A stretch of 64,000 nucleotides of DNA from an uncultured Gemmatimonadales bacterium (lineage in GTDB: Bacteria > Gemmatimonadota > Gemmatimonadetes > Gemmatimonadales > Gemmatimonadaceae). The notes under the pieces were generated by a model. The model worked only from the letters and a program-made list of their open reading frames with translations. It was not told the DNA's origin and searched no databases. The stretch spans positions 832,001-896,000 of the forward strand of contig CAWBZV010000005.1 of assembly GCA_963793305.1 (NCBI GenBank), read 5' to 3'. This document shows, piece by piece, positions 41,354-50,398 of this stretch (positions within the stretch are counted from its first letter, which is position 1; every line of letters starts with the position of its first letter). The position numbers and the translations under genes were made by a program.

Positions 41354-42569
41354 GACGACCCCAACCCCTCGCCCAGTCCCGAAGCGGCGGCTCGTCATGG
41401 GGGGTGCATTCATTCTGGTCCTGCTGATCGGGGCGACTATTGCCGGCACCGTGCCGCGGATCGCGACGCAGCATGCCCTCGCCCGCGTCGCGGCGGTCGA
41501 CACGATCCCCACGGTCAACGTCGTGAGCGTGGCGCGAGCCGGCGCCGCATCATCATTGACCTTGCCCGGCACGCTCCAGCCGGTGCACCAGGCGGCGATC
41601 TATGCCCGGGCGACGGGCTACGTAAAAAAATTCTTCGTCGACTTGGGAAGCACGGTGCGCGCGGGGCAGGTGCTCGGTATCATCGAGACACCGGATCTCG
41701 ATCAGCAGCTCACCCAGGCGCGGGCGATTCTCGCCCAGGATCAATCGATGCTGGCGCTCAATCGCACAGAGGATCAACGCTGGCAGCAGATGGTGAGGGA
41801 CAGCGTCGTCACCGTCGAGCAGTATGACCAGAAGCGTCAGGCGTATCAGGGATCCCAGGCCTCGGTCTTGGGCGACCAGGCCAACGTTGACCGTTTGAGC
41901 GCACTCGTGGGGTTCGAGCGGATCGTCGCGCCGTTCAATGGTGTCATCACCTCGCGCAACATCGACGTGGGCGCGTTCGTCACGGCGACGGGCGGTCAAA
42001 GTGCCGCGCTGCCGTCCGGGAGCAGTGTCGCTCCGACCAGCCTGTTCGGGATAACGCAGACGGACACCATGCGCGTGTATCTCTCGGTACCCGAGGCCGA
42101 CGCGCCATCGGTCCGACCGGGCGAGACGGCGCAGATCCTGGTCAGCGAGCTCCCCAACGACACATTTACCGGTCGCGTCGTGCGCACGGCGCGCGCCGTG
42201 GATCCGGCGTCGCGCACGCTCCTCACCGAAGTACAGGTCGTGAACGCAACGGACAAGCTCGTCCCCGGCATGTACGCCAGGGCGACGCTTGGGTTCGACC
42301 GCCAGACGCCGCCACTGACCGTTCCGGCGTCAGCCGTGCTGTTCCTTCCGGCGGGGCTCACCGTCGCCGAGATCGATTCGGATCACGTCGTCCAACGGCG
42401 CGTGATCGATGTCGGACGCGATTTCGGATCGTACTTCGAGGTCCTGTCGGGGGTGCATGAGGGGTCGCTGTTGCTCGATAATCCTTCCGATGCGGTTCCC
42501 AATGGCACCCGCGTGCGGTGGCAAGTGCACGCGGACACGACGCGCGCCCAACCAGTCACGGTGAAATGA
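41340..42569 (+). CDS. RND periplasmic adaptor (membrane fusion protein)
   Basis: IYARATGYV, APFNGVIT.RN, VDPASRT, PGMY. Confidence 0.9.
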   Translation: MSATETTPTPRPVPKRRLVMGGAFILVLLIGATIAGTVPRIATQHALARVAAVDTIPTVNVVSVARAGAASSLTLPGTLQPVHQAAIYARATGYVKKFFVDLGSTVRAGQVLGIIETPDLDQQLTQARAILAQDQSMLALNRTEDQRWQQMVRDSVVTVEQYDQKRQAYQGSQASVLGDQANVDRLSALVGFERIVAPFNGVITSRNIDVGAFVTATGGQSAALPSGSSVAPTSLFGITQTDTMRVYLSVPEADAPSVRPGETAQILVSELPNDTFTGRVVRTARAVDPASRTLLTEVQVVNATDKLVPGMYARATLGFDRQTPPLTVPASAVLFLPAGLTVAEIDSDHVVQRRVIDVGRDFGSYFEVLSGVHEGSLLLDNPSDAVPNGTRVRWQVHADTTRAQPVTVK

Positions 42570-44644
42570 TCATGAAACGATTCGTGAGCGTGATGCTGCT
42601 CTCCAGCGTCGCCGTAGGATGCGAGCAGCGCGCGGCGAGTACGTCGGAGGCGAACGGAGCCGTCGCCGAAACTGCGCCGTATCCCGACGCCGAGATTCTG
42701 GCGCACGCCGCCGACGATGCGGGCGATTGGATCCTGCCGGCCAAGTCCTATAGTAGCAATCGCGTGACGACACTCGGCGACATCACGCCGGACAACGTGA
42801 CGCACCTCAAAAAGGCGTGGGTCACGAAGCTGGCCGACGACGGCCAGCAAGAGGCGGCCCCGATCGTCTGGCGTGGCGTCATGTACCTGTCGACGCCCCA
42901 CAATCACATCCTGGCGCTCGATGCCGCGAGCGGCGCGCTCAAATGGGAAAATCCGTACACCGCTCAGTACACGATTCTCTATTTCGTCAATCGCGGCGTG
43001 GGCTTCGCCGACGGCAAGGTGTTCGAGGCGACGCAAGACTGTCATCTGATCGCGGCCGACGCAGCCACCGGCAAGACGCTGTGGAACGTGCGCGGGTGTG
43101 TCGACACGACGAACAGCCTCTATTCCATGGCCGCGTATCCCTATGACGGGAAGGTGCTCGTGGCCAATGGCGGAGGGGACAACGGGACCCGCGGGCATGT
43201 GCAGGCATTCAACGCCGCGGACGGCGCCGGTGCGTGGGATTGGGAAACCCTCAAACACGACACCTGGCCCGGCAACTCATGGGAGCATGGGGGCGGCGCC
43301 GTGTGGAGTGGCATGTCCGTCGACCCGGACACGCATACGCTGTTTCTGCCGGTCGGAAATCCGGGCCCCGATTTGATCCTGGCCGGCCGCGAGGGACCGG
43401 ATCTCTATACCAACTCCATCGTCGCGCTCGATGTGTCGACCGCCACGCCGCGCGTCAAGTGGTACTCGCAGCTGGTGCAGAACGACACGCACGACGTCGA
43501 TCCTTCCATGGCGCCCGTGCTGTTCACGGGCCGAGTCGATGACCACGCCCGCGCGATGGTGGCGATCGGGAACAAGGGCGGCGAGCTGTTCATGTTCGAT
43601 CGCACGACCGGCCAGTTGATCCATAAAGTCGTGGTCGATGATGACTACAACTTGTTCACCAGCGTGCCGACCCCGCAGGGAACGGTGGCGTGTCCGAACC
43701 ACGGCGGCGGCATAGAGTTCAACGGTGTCTCGTACGACTCGGCCACGAATCTCATATTGATTCCGAGCACGGACGAGTGCGGCGACTGGAAGACTACCGC
43801 GGCGACGGCGACCTACGTGCCAGGCCGGGCCTACACGGGTGGCAGCCTGCCGACACGCCGCGACGGTACCGGTGTCCTCACCGCCGTCGACGTTGCCACG
43901 GGCCGAGTCGCCTGGCGCGACTCGCTCGGCTTTCCAGCGCAAGGCGGTGTCACCCTGACGACAACCGGCCTGGCCTTCACGAGCGATCTCTCCGGACGCG
44001 TCTACTCGTTCGATATCAGGACGGGCAGGGAGCTCTGGCGCGATTCGACCGGATCGTCCATTGTCGCGCCGATCTCGATCTATCGTGCCAACGGCCATGT
44101 CTATGTCGCCGTGGTGAGCGGGGAAGCGGGAGCGCAGACGACGCCGAACTTGCCGCCGGCGAACGGCAGCGTCGTCACCGCGTATGCATTGGACGCAACT
44201 CGTCCTATCGTCAACTCGTCCGCGGACCAGGTACAGAGCTCGCAGCAAATCCAAGCTCCAGGCGAGGGCGGAGGCGCTCCGGCGAGTTCCGGCGCGGCGC
44301 CGTATACGTCGGCGCAGGTACAGACGGGCAAAACCGTCTTCTCGACTCAATGCGCCTCGTGTCATGGGACCCAGCTGCAGGGCATCTCGGCGCCGGGTTT
44401 GACCGGCCCGGGTTTCGGGCGCGGCAACATCAACCTTTCGGCGCTGCGCACGATCGTCACACAGACGATGCCCGCCACGGCGCCTGGCTCACTCACCCCC
44501 GATCAGTACGCGGCGGTCATGGCCTATCTGCTGGCGTACGATTGCGTGACGCCGAGTGGCAACGGCGCCGTGCCGTTCCCGACCACCGATCAACCGGCGT
44601 TCAAGGGCGTCACGATCGGCGGACGTTCGTGCCCAGTGAAATGA
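42566..44644 (+). CDS. PQQ-dependent dehydrogenase with C-terminal cytochrome c (quinohemoprotein-like)
   Basis: ALDA.SG..KW propeller repeats, GGGAVW, VGNPGP, CPNHGGG; heme motif CASCH; lipobox AVGC. Confidence 0.85.
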   Translation: MIMKRFVSVMLLSSVAVGCEQRAASTSEANGAVAETAPYPDAEILAHAADDAGDWILPAKSYSSNRVTTLGDITPDNVTHLKKAWVTKLADDGQQEAAPIVWRGVMYLSTPHNHILALDAASGALKWENPYTAQYTILYFVNRGVGFADGKVFEATQDCHLIAADAATGKTLWNVRGCVDTTNSLYSMAAYPYDGKVLVANGGGDNGTRGHVQAFNAADGAGAWDWETLKHDTWPGNSWEHGGGAVWSGMSVDPDTHTLFLPVGNPGPDLILAGREGPDLYTNSIVALDVSTATPRVKWYSQLVQNDTHDVDPSMAPVLFTGRVDDHARAMVAIGNKGGELFMFDRTTGQLIHKVVVDDDYNLFTSVPTPQGTVACPNHGGGIEFNGVSYDSATNLILIPSTDECGDWKTTAATATYVPGRAYTGGSLPTRRDGTGVLTAVDVATGRVAWRDSLGFPAQGGVTLTTTGLAFTSDLSGRVYSFDIRTGRELWRDSTGSSIVAPISIYRANGHVYVAVVSGEAGAQTTPNLPPANGSVVTAYALDATRPIVNSSADQVQSSQQIQAPGEGGGAPASSGAAPYTSAQVQTGKTVFSTQCASCHGTQLQGISAPGLTGPGFGRGNINLSALRTIVTQTMPATAPGSLTPDQYAAVMAYLLAYDCVTPSGNGAVPFPTTDQPAFKGVTIGGRSCPVK

Positions 44645-44653
44645 GGTAGCCAC

Positions 44654-46006
44654 GTGCTCACTCCGCTACTCGCGCTGGTGCTCCAGGCGCCGCTCCCCGA
44701 TCTGCCGACGGCGCGATCGCCGGTGACGATCACCGCGGCGACGCTGCCGGACGGACGCGACGGATACGTGTACGACGGGAACCCCGTGCCGCCCGTGATC
44801 CGCGTCGATCCGGGCGCCCGGCTCGAGGTAAGCCTGATCAACGCGATGACACTGCCGTCGCGCGAGCCGTGCGTCATGGATCCGTGCATGCAAGCGACCA
44901 ACCTCCACTTTCACGGCATGGGCGTGTCCCCGGTCGGGCACGCGGACAACGTGCTCGGGCTATCGGCTCGACCGGGCGACACGCTGCACTACGCGGTCGA
45001 GATTCCGCGCACGCATACGCCGGGCCTGTTCTGGTACCATCCGCATCCACACGGCGAGAGCGACCGTCAGATCAACGACGGCATGTCGGGGGCGATCATT
45101 GTCGAAGGAATCGAGCGGTTCGCGCCGGCGGTTCGCGGACTCCGCGAACGTGTGCTCGTATTTCGTTCGGTGCGAGATACTGTGGCGGCCCGCGCGGCGC
45201 TCGACTCGGCCGCCCAGACGTGCGGCTCCGAGCCCGAAGCACCGGAGATCGCTTGGACGATCAACGGTGTCGCCGAGCCGTCGATCGACATCGCGCCCGG
45301 GGAGCGCCAGTTCTGGCGAATCGTGAACGCGAGTGGGGATGGGTTTCTCGACCTGGCGATCGACGGCGCACCGTGGGAGATCGTCGCGCTCGACGGCTCA
45401 CCGCTGGGCGGACCGCCGCATATGGCGCAACACGTTTCGATCCCGCCGGCTGGTCGACTGGAGGCGATCGTCACCGGACCGTCCGCTGGCGCCGCGCTGC
45501 GGACGCGGTGCGTCGACACCGGGCCGGACGGCGACCCGGCTCCCGCGATGGTCCTCGCCCATATCGTAGCGGGTACCGGCCAGTCGCATCCGTCGCTTTC
45601 GTCCGCGATCCCTCGCCGGCAACGTATCCCGGACGATGCGCTGGCGGCGCAACGACGGCAGCCCGAGGCTGTCGTGACCTTTACCGAGGACGCGGGCGGA
45701 TTCTATATCAATGCGCGCAAGTACGATCCGACTGACAAAGCGATGTTCACCGTGCGCGTGGGATCATTCGTGCATTGGCGGGTGGTGAACCGCACCCGGG
45801 AGGTGCATCCCTTTCACATTCACCAGGTGCATTTCCTGACGCCCGATTCGCTGTGGCTCGATACGATCACCGTACCACCGGGGGATTCGTTGGATATTGT
45901 TCTCGACGCGAGGAATCCCATCATTCGCGGGCTGTCAGTTTTCCATTGTCACATGATCCGGCACGAGGACAAGGGTATGATGGCCAAAGTGCTGTTCACT
46001 GAGTAA
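44654..46006 (+). CDS. Multicopper oxidase
   Basis: NLHFHG, WYHPHPH, HPFHIHQ, HCHMIRHEDKGM. Confidence 0.92.
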   Translation: MLTPLLALVLQAPLPDLPTARSPVTITAATLPDGRDGYVYDGNPVPPVIRVDPGARLEVSLINAMTLPSREPCVMDPCMQATNLHFHGMGVSPVGHADNVLGLSARPGDTLHYAVEIPRTHTPGLFWYHPHPHGESDRQINDGMSGAIIVEGIERFAPAVRGLRERVLVFRSVRDTVAARAALDSAAQTCGSEPEAPEIAWTINGVAEPSIDIAPGERQFWRIVNASGDGFLDLAIDGAPWEIVALDGSPLGGPPHMAQHVSIPPAGRLEAIVTGPSAGAALRTRCVDTGPDGDPAPAMVLAHIVAGTGQSHPSLSSAIPRRQRIPDDALAAQRRQPEAVVTFTEDAGGFYINARKYDPTDKAMFTVRVGSFVHWRVVNRTREVHPFHIHQVHFLTPDSLWLDTITVPPGDSLDIVLDARNPIIRGLSVFHCHMIRHEDKGMMAKVLFTE

Positions 46007-46790
46007 ACCAGGACAGGATCTCCTTCGAGTACGCGTCGGTCGCTTCTTCCCAAGCGCGGTGGGCAGCCTCTAACAAGACGAGGCGACTGTGAGGCAAGCG
46101 ATCAGCGAGCAATTGATTGTTCGCGGGCGGAACGATCGGGTCGTTCTTGCCGGCGATGACGAGGACCGGCGTTTGGATCTGCCCCAGGCGCTGTTCCAGT
46201 ATCGGCAGGTCCTCCTTGTAGGCGCGGACATATTGCGCCGCGTTCTCGAATCGCTGACCGGCGGACGCGGCGCGGTAGTCGTCGATAATGGCGGGGGGCG
46301 TCACCTGGGCGGCTTGCTTCAGGTAGTCCGCGACCGCGTCCGCTCCATCGATCGACGCGAACGCGCCTTTCGGAGATTCAATGGCCGCCTTGAGCACGGG
46401 TCCCGCCAGATCGACGCGCGTTGCCGCGCCGCCAACCGCCAAGCGCGTAAACAACGTCGGATGGTCCGCGGCTGCGAACAGGAACGCCAACGCGCCAACG
46501 TCGGGACCGACACCGTATAGCCGCTCGAGTTTCAGATACGCCGCGACTTTAACCAGAAAGGCGCCCGTAGCCCTGGGCGACATCGCATCGGGTCGGCTCT
46601 CGGACAGTCCGAAGCCGGGGAGATCGATCGCAATAGTGAGATAGTTATCGACGAAATAGGGAAGAACGCGATGAAATGAGTAGAGGCTTTCAGGCCACGG
46701 GCTCGTGAAAAGGACCGGCGGTCCATCCGGGCGACCGCCTCGCGACAATCGAATGCGCAGACCGTCGATGGTCTCGGTGGTGACGTTCAC
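45996..46790 (-). CDS. Alpha/beta hydrolase (Asp nucleophile, epoxide-hydrolase-like)
   Basis: SPWPES, DLPGFG, GPDVG, GKND, AAH. Confidence 0.8.
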   Translation of the reverse strand: MNVTTETIDGLRIRLSRGGRPDGPPVLFTSPWPESLYSFHRVLPYFVDNYLTIAIDLPGFGLSESRPDAMSPRATGAFLVKVAAYLKLERLYGVGPDVGALAFLFAAADHPTLFTRLAVGGAATRVDLAGPVLKAAIESPKGAFASIDGADAVADYLKQAAQVTPPAIIDDYRAASAGQRFENAAQYVRAYKEDLPILEQRLGQIQTPVLVIAGKNDPIVPPANNQLLADRLPHSRLVLLEAAHRAWEEATDAYSKEILSWFTQ

Positions 46791-47656
46791 AGGTCCGACG
46801 TGAGAAACGCCTCAGCTTGCCGCGTGAATGAGTCATGAAACTGGAAGAGCGAGCCGTGTCCCGAGTCCGGATACGTCAGCAGGATAGCATTGGGCAGGTT
46901 CTCACTGAGCCAATACGAGTTCCGCACCGGGATCATCTCATCGTGCACGCCGTTCACGACAAGCGTTGGTTGGCGAACGCCTCTCAAGTCCGCGAAGCGC
47001 TCGCCCGTGAAGCGCTCCCAGTCGCGAAATGCCGCGATCTGCGCTTGTGCGACCGCCGGTCCGGACGCGGACTCTCGATCCGCTTTCCGTTGGCCGAGCC
47101 TCTCGACGAACGCCGCGCCGGCCGCCTGGCTCGATGCCGTGGGCGCGAAGAAGATCTTTTGCAATACCGCGTAACCGCGCAGCGTCGGGTCGCTCAGGGG
47201 TCTCGCGAGGCTGGGCTTGTCGAGATGCATGATGTCTTCGCCGCCACGCGGCCCGGTGCCGACGAGGATCATCCGGCGGAAGATCGACGGCCGACTGCGC
47301 ACCATGTCCTGCGCGACCATCCCGCCGAGCGAGAATCCGAGGACGTCGCAGGTGGCGATGTGGAGGCCATCGAGAAACGCCAACGCATGCGTCGCCATGC
47401 CGGCGACCGTAGTCGGCACCGTCCCGCTCGAGCGTCCGATCCCGGCGTTATCGAACAGAATGACGTCGTGTCCCGTCGCCAGCACGTCGGTGACCGCCGG
47501 GTCCCAATTGTCGAGCGTCCCCGTGAAGTGTTGCAGCAAGAGGAGCGGAAGCCCTGGCCCCGCGCCGAACCGGCGATAGGCGTACCGTTGACCGCCGACA
47601 TCGAGGAACTGCGTCGGGGCGGTGATATTGCTCTGCGTCAGCGTCTCAGTGGCCAT
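46787..47656 (-). CDS. Alpha/beta hydrolase (Ser nucleophile)
   Basis: QHFTG..DNWDP, GFSLGG, GVHD, DSGHG. Confidence 0.85.
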   Translation of the reverse strand: MATETLTQSNITAPTQFLDVGGQRYAYRRFGAGPGLPLLLLQHFTGTLDNWDPAVTDVLATGHDVILFDNAGIGRSSGTVPTTVAGMATHALAFLDGLHIATCDVLGFSLGGMVAQDMVRSRPSIFRRMILVGTGPRGGEDIMHLDKPSLARPLSDPTLRGYAVLQKIFFAPTASSQAAGAAFVERLGQRKADRESASGPAVAQAQIAAFRDWERFTGERFADLRGVRQPTLVVNGVHDEMIPVRNSYWLSENLPNAILLTYPDSGHGSLFQFHDSFTRQAEAFLTSDL

Positions 47657-47774
47657 GCGAGAATCCTAGAGCAACCCGCGGGCCAGCGCTAAGTCTTTTG
47701 ATGGCAGCGCGTTCGATCGGCGGAGATCTGCCGAACTTTCAGAAATTGCCGAGACTTCGTCGTATTGTTCTCGA

Positions 47775-48233
47775 ATGAGAGAGCGCGAGTTCGACGAGCA
47801 GACACTCGATGTCCGCCGGGCGTGGCCGCTGTTCTGGCGCGCGATTCGCCTCCGGTGTCCGAACTGCGGCGGCGGGAAGATCTTCGCTACGTGGCTCACG
47901 CTCAAACCGAAGTGTCCGACGTGTGGCATCGATCTCGATCGCGCCGAGGACGACTATTTCATCGGCGCGTATCTGTTCAACCTCATCGCGGTCGAGCTCT
48001 TGGTCGCGGCGGCGCTGACGGTCGTCGGGGTGCTCACCTACCCGCATGTGCCGTGGACGGCGCTCCAGTACTCCACGATCGTGCTCGTCCTTGGCGGCGC
48101 CTTCGCGTGCTATCCGTTCGCGAAGACGACGTGGCTCGCCTTTGACCTCATGCTCCGACCCGTCACGCCCGAGGAGATGGAGTGGTACCGGACGGGTGGA
48201 ACGTCGGCCGGCCGCGATCTGCCCCAACTATAG
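47775..48233 (+). CDS. DUF983 family membrane protein
   Basis: RCPNCGGGKIF..CPTCG zinc ribbon plus two TM segments. Confidence 0.8.
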   Translation: MREREFDEQTLDVRRAWPLFWRAIRLRCPNCGGGKIFATWLTLKPKCPTCGIDLDRAEDDYFIGAYLFNLIAVELLVAAALTVVGVLTYPHVPWTALQYSTIVLVLGGAFACYPFAKTTWLAFDLMLRPVTPEEMEWYRTGGTSAGRDLPQL

Positions 48234-48265
48234 ATCGAGGACGCCACCGCGCCACCCTGGGCTGC

Positions 48266-48688
48266 TCATTCAGCGGCGCTGGAGCCAGGTGGGGTCGCTT
48301 CCCAGCTGCCAGTGATGTCGATCGGCCACTCCTCCGGTCGCTCTTCTTCGGGCAGATGAGGGCGATACATGATCACCTTCGCGCGCTCGAGGGTGATCAA
48401 CCCTCCATCGATCATCGTGTCGAGCTCGGGGAGTATCGCCGCAATCCGCTCTTCGGTCTCGACGCATTCCACGACGATCGGGAGATCGAACGAGAGATAC
48501 TCGAGGCGGTCCGTGTGCAGGACGGCGTTGGCGCCGAACCCCATGACGCCACGGAATGCGGTCGCCCCGGCGTACCGCCGCTTTCGGAGGAGCTCGATGA
48601 TGGCCTGATACAACGGCTGGCCTTTGTAGTGATCGCGCTCGCCGAGATGAATGCGCATGAGAACGCGCTCGCCCTTGAACCCGTGCAT
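48266..48688 (-). CDS. DUF190 (PII-like) protein
   Basis: RIHLGERD...PLYQAI..AGAT..RG.MGFG..DLPIVVE. Confidence 0.88.
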   Translation of the reverse strand: MHGFKGERVLMRIHLGERDHYKGQPLYQAIIELLRKRRYAGATAFRGVMGFGANAVLHTDRLEYLSFDLPIVVECVETEERIAAILPELDTMIDGGLITLERAKVIMYRPHLPEEERPEEWPIDITGSWEATPPGSSAAE

Positions 48689-48703
48689 CGGCTCCTCCCG
48701 TTT

Positions 48704-49117
48704 TTACAAGTCGAGCGGCCCCGGCGTATCCGTGGTTTGCCCGACTTCGATCAGATAGCCGTCCGGATCACGCATGTAGCACCGTATCTCTGTTTCATGA
48801 ACCTTCGGCTCGGTGACAAACTTCCCACCGCGCGATGACCAGAGGTCATAGCACCGCTTGATGTTGGTGACGCGGAGATTCAGAAAGTAGCTCAAGACGT
48901 TCGGATCGCGCGGCGGCGACGCGACGACATCGGGTTTATCATCGGTTGGCCCGCCACCGAGGGCGATGATGATCCACGTATTCCCCAGTTGCACGTACGT
49001 CGGCTCCCCATCATCCACGACGGTAGCCCCCAGCACGTCGCGATAAAACGCCACCGATCGAGCGATATCGCGAACGATTACCGTGCTCGTCACTCTGAAC
49101 TGCGGTTCCGTTATCAT
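48704..49117 (-). CDS. VOC/glyoxalase family protein
   Basis: VRDIARSVAFYRDVLG and RDPDGYLIEV; ATG at 49117. Confidence 0.88.
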   Translation of the reverse strand: MITEPQFRVTSTVIVRDIARSVAFYRDVLGATVVDDGEPTYVQLGNTWIIIALGGGPTDDKPDVVASPPRDPNVLSYFLNLRVTNIKRCYDLWSSRGGKFVTEPKVHETEIRCYMRDPDGYLIEVGQTTDTPGPLDL

Positions 49118-49341
49118 GGCGGACCACCCTGTTCTTTCCAGGTCTTGAACCTCGCACACGCTTCGGCAGTCCACCGCGGCTCGCCAGCGCTCGGCGGAGG
49201 CATGTGCCCGCTCAGCACGGCCTCATAGATCGCATCGGCGTGTGCGAAGACGCTGTCGCGATCGGAAAGGTCCATTGCCTTCTTCATGTGGGCTACATCC
49301 ATGTCGGTGAACATGGGACGGATATCGGATGCGAAGCTCAA
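49114..49341 (-). CDS. 75-aa protein resembling a cytochrome c-like module without CxxCH
   Basis: GGAGG RBS then TTG; SFASDIRPMF..DLS...MPP....W......FKTW..QG; overlaps the VOC start. Confidence 0.65.
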   Translation of the reverse strand: MSFASDIRPMFTDMDVAHMKKAMDLSDRDSVFAHADAIYEAVLSGHMPPPSAGEPRWTAEACARFKTWKEQGGPP

Positions 49342-49353
49342 AATACCTCCTTC

Positions 49354-49409
49354 TGTCTATCGTTTGTCCAGTTTTTGTCCTTGACATAAGCTAGTCAAGA
49401 TGGTATATA
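49354..49409. promoter_or_regulatory. Divergent promoter with CarH-like operator repeats
   Basis: TGTC at 49354/49365/49376 (11-bp period); TTGAC-N8-GTCAA at 49381-49398; TTGACA-17-TATATA with extended TG. Confidence 0.7.
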
Positions 49410-49437
49410 TGTGTTGGCGGTTGGGCCCGGAGGGCTG

Positions 49438-49929
49438 ATGCAAATTCGACGCTATGTCCCCATCCTCGTCGCGCTCGCGACGCTCGTGGTGGTTGTCTCC
49501 TGCAGCTCGATCAGCCAGCGGAAGGTAGCGCAGATTGGCCCGCAGGATCCCCTCGGCAGTGCACACTGGACCGGCACATTGACGATGCCGAGCGGGTCGC
49601 ACGGCGCGTACGACGTGTCCGGCACGGCGTCGCTGGTTCGCAATGGACCCGGCAGCAGTGTGGCGACCGTCGTGATCAGCAACGCGGTACCCCGAGGATT
49701 CCATCCGTGGGAAGTCTACCGCGGACAGTGTGGCCATGACGCGAGCTTGATCGGCGTGTTGAGCGCGTATCCGTGGCTCGCTGTCAAGGACGACGGCACG
49801 GCCTCCGCCACCGCGACATTGGCCTCTGAGCTGTTGGTCGGCGACTATCACGTCAACGTGAACGCGTCGCCGACGGACAAGGCGACGATCATCGCCTGCG
49901 GCAATGTTGCGGCACCCAGCGGTACGTAG
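49438..49929 (+). CDS. Lipoprotein with Cu/Zn-SOD-like/CHRD-like fold, copy 1
   Basis: Lipobox VVSC; HPWEVYRGQCG, DDGTASA, YHVNVNAS..IIACGN; paralog at 54054. Confidence 0.65.
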   Translation: MQIRRYVPILVALATLVVVVSCSSISQRKVAQIGPQDPLGSAHWTGTLTMPSGSHGAYDVSGTASLVRNGPGSSVATVVISNAVPRGFHPWEVYRGQCGHDASLIGVLSAYPWLAVKDDGTASATATLASELLVGDYHVNVNASPTDKATIIACGNVAAPSGT

Positions 49930-49945
49930 CGCGACCACGTGACCC

Positions 49946-50398
49946 ATGCCCACACCGGGTAGAGACCGCGCCCGCGAGCTGGCGTGCCAACTGCTCACTC
50001 GCGAAACATTGGCGCCGCCGGGCGCCGACACGACAAACGGAGCCGACCGCGTCTGTCGACGCGCGTCCGACGAGCTGTCCCGTTGGATCGGTACCGATGG
50101 ATGTCGCGCCCTCTTCGCGCGCGCGTTGGCCACGGCCCAGGCCGAGGGCGGTCATCCCGTACTCGACACGGTGCGAACGAGCGCCCGGTCGGTGTACTGC
50201 CTGGACGGTCTGAGTGACGCCGCGGCCCGCCATGGCGCGGCGGCCGCTACCGATGGCGCGGCGGCCGTGCTCGCGGCGCTTATCGAGCTTCTCGGCCGAC
50301 TGATCGGAGATGATATGGCGTTGAGTCTTCTGGAACAAAGTGCGTACGCCCGTCCCCCGACCCCCGCCCGCGCCCGTCGCGGACAGGTGACCCCATGA
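49946..50398 (+). CDS. Helical hypothetical protein coupled to the KaiC-like ATPase gene
   Basis: LSRWIG.DG.RALFARAL and LIELLGRLIGDDMA.SLL pattern; ATGA overlap with the next gene. Confidence 0.7.
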   Translation: MPTPGRDRARELACQLLTRETLAPPGADTTNGADRVCRRASDELSRWIGTDGCRALFARALATAQAEGGHPVLDTVRTSARSVYCLDGLSDAAARHGAAAATDGAAAVLAALIELLGRLIGDDMALSLLEQSAYARPPTPARARRGQVTP

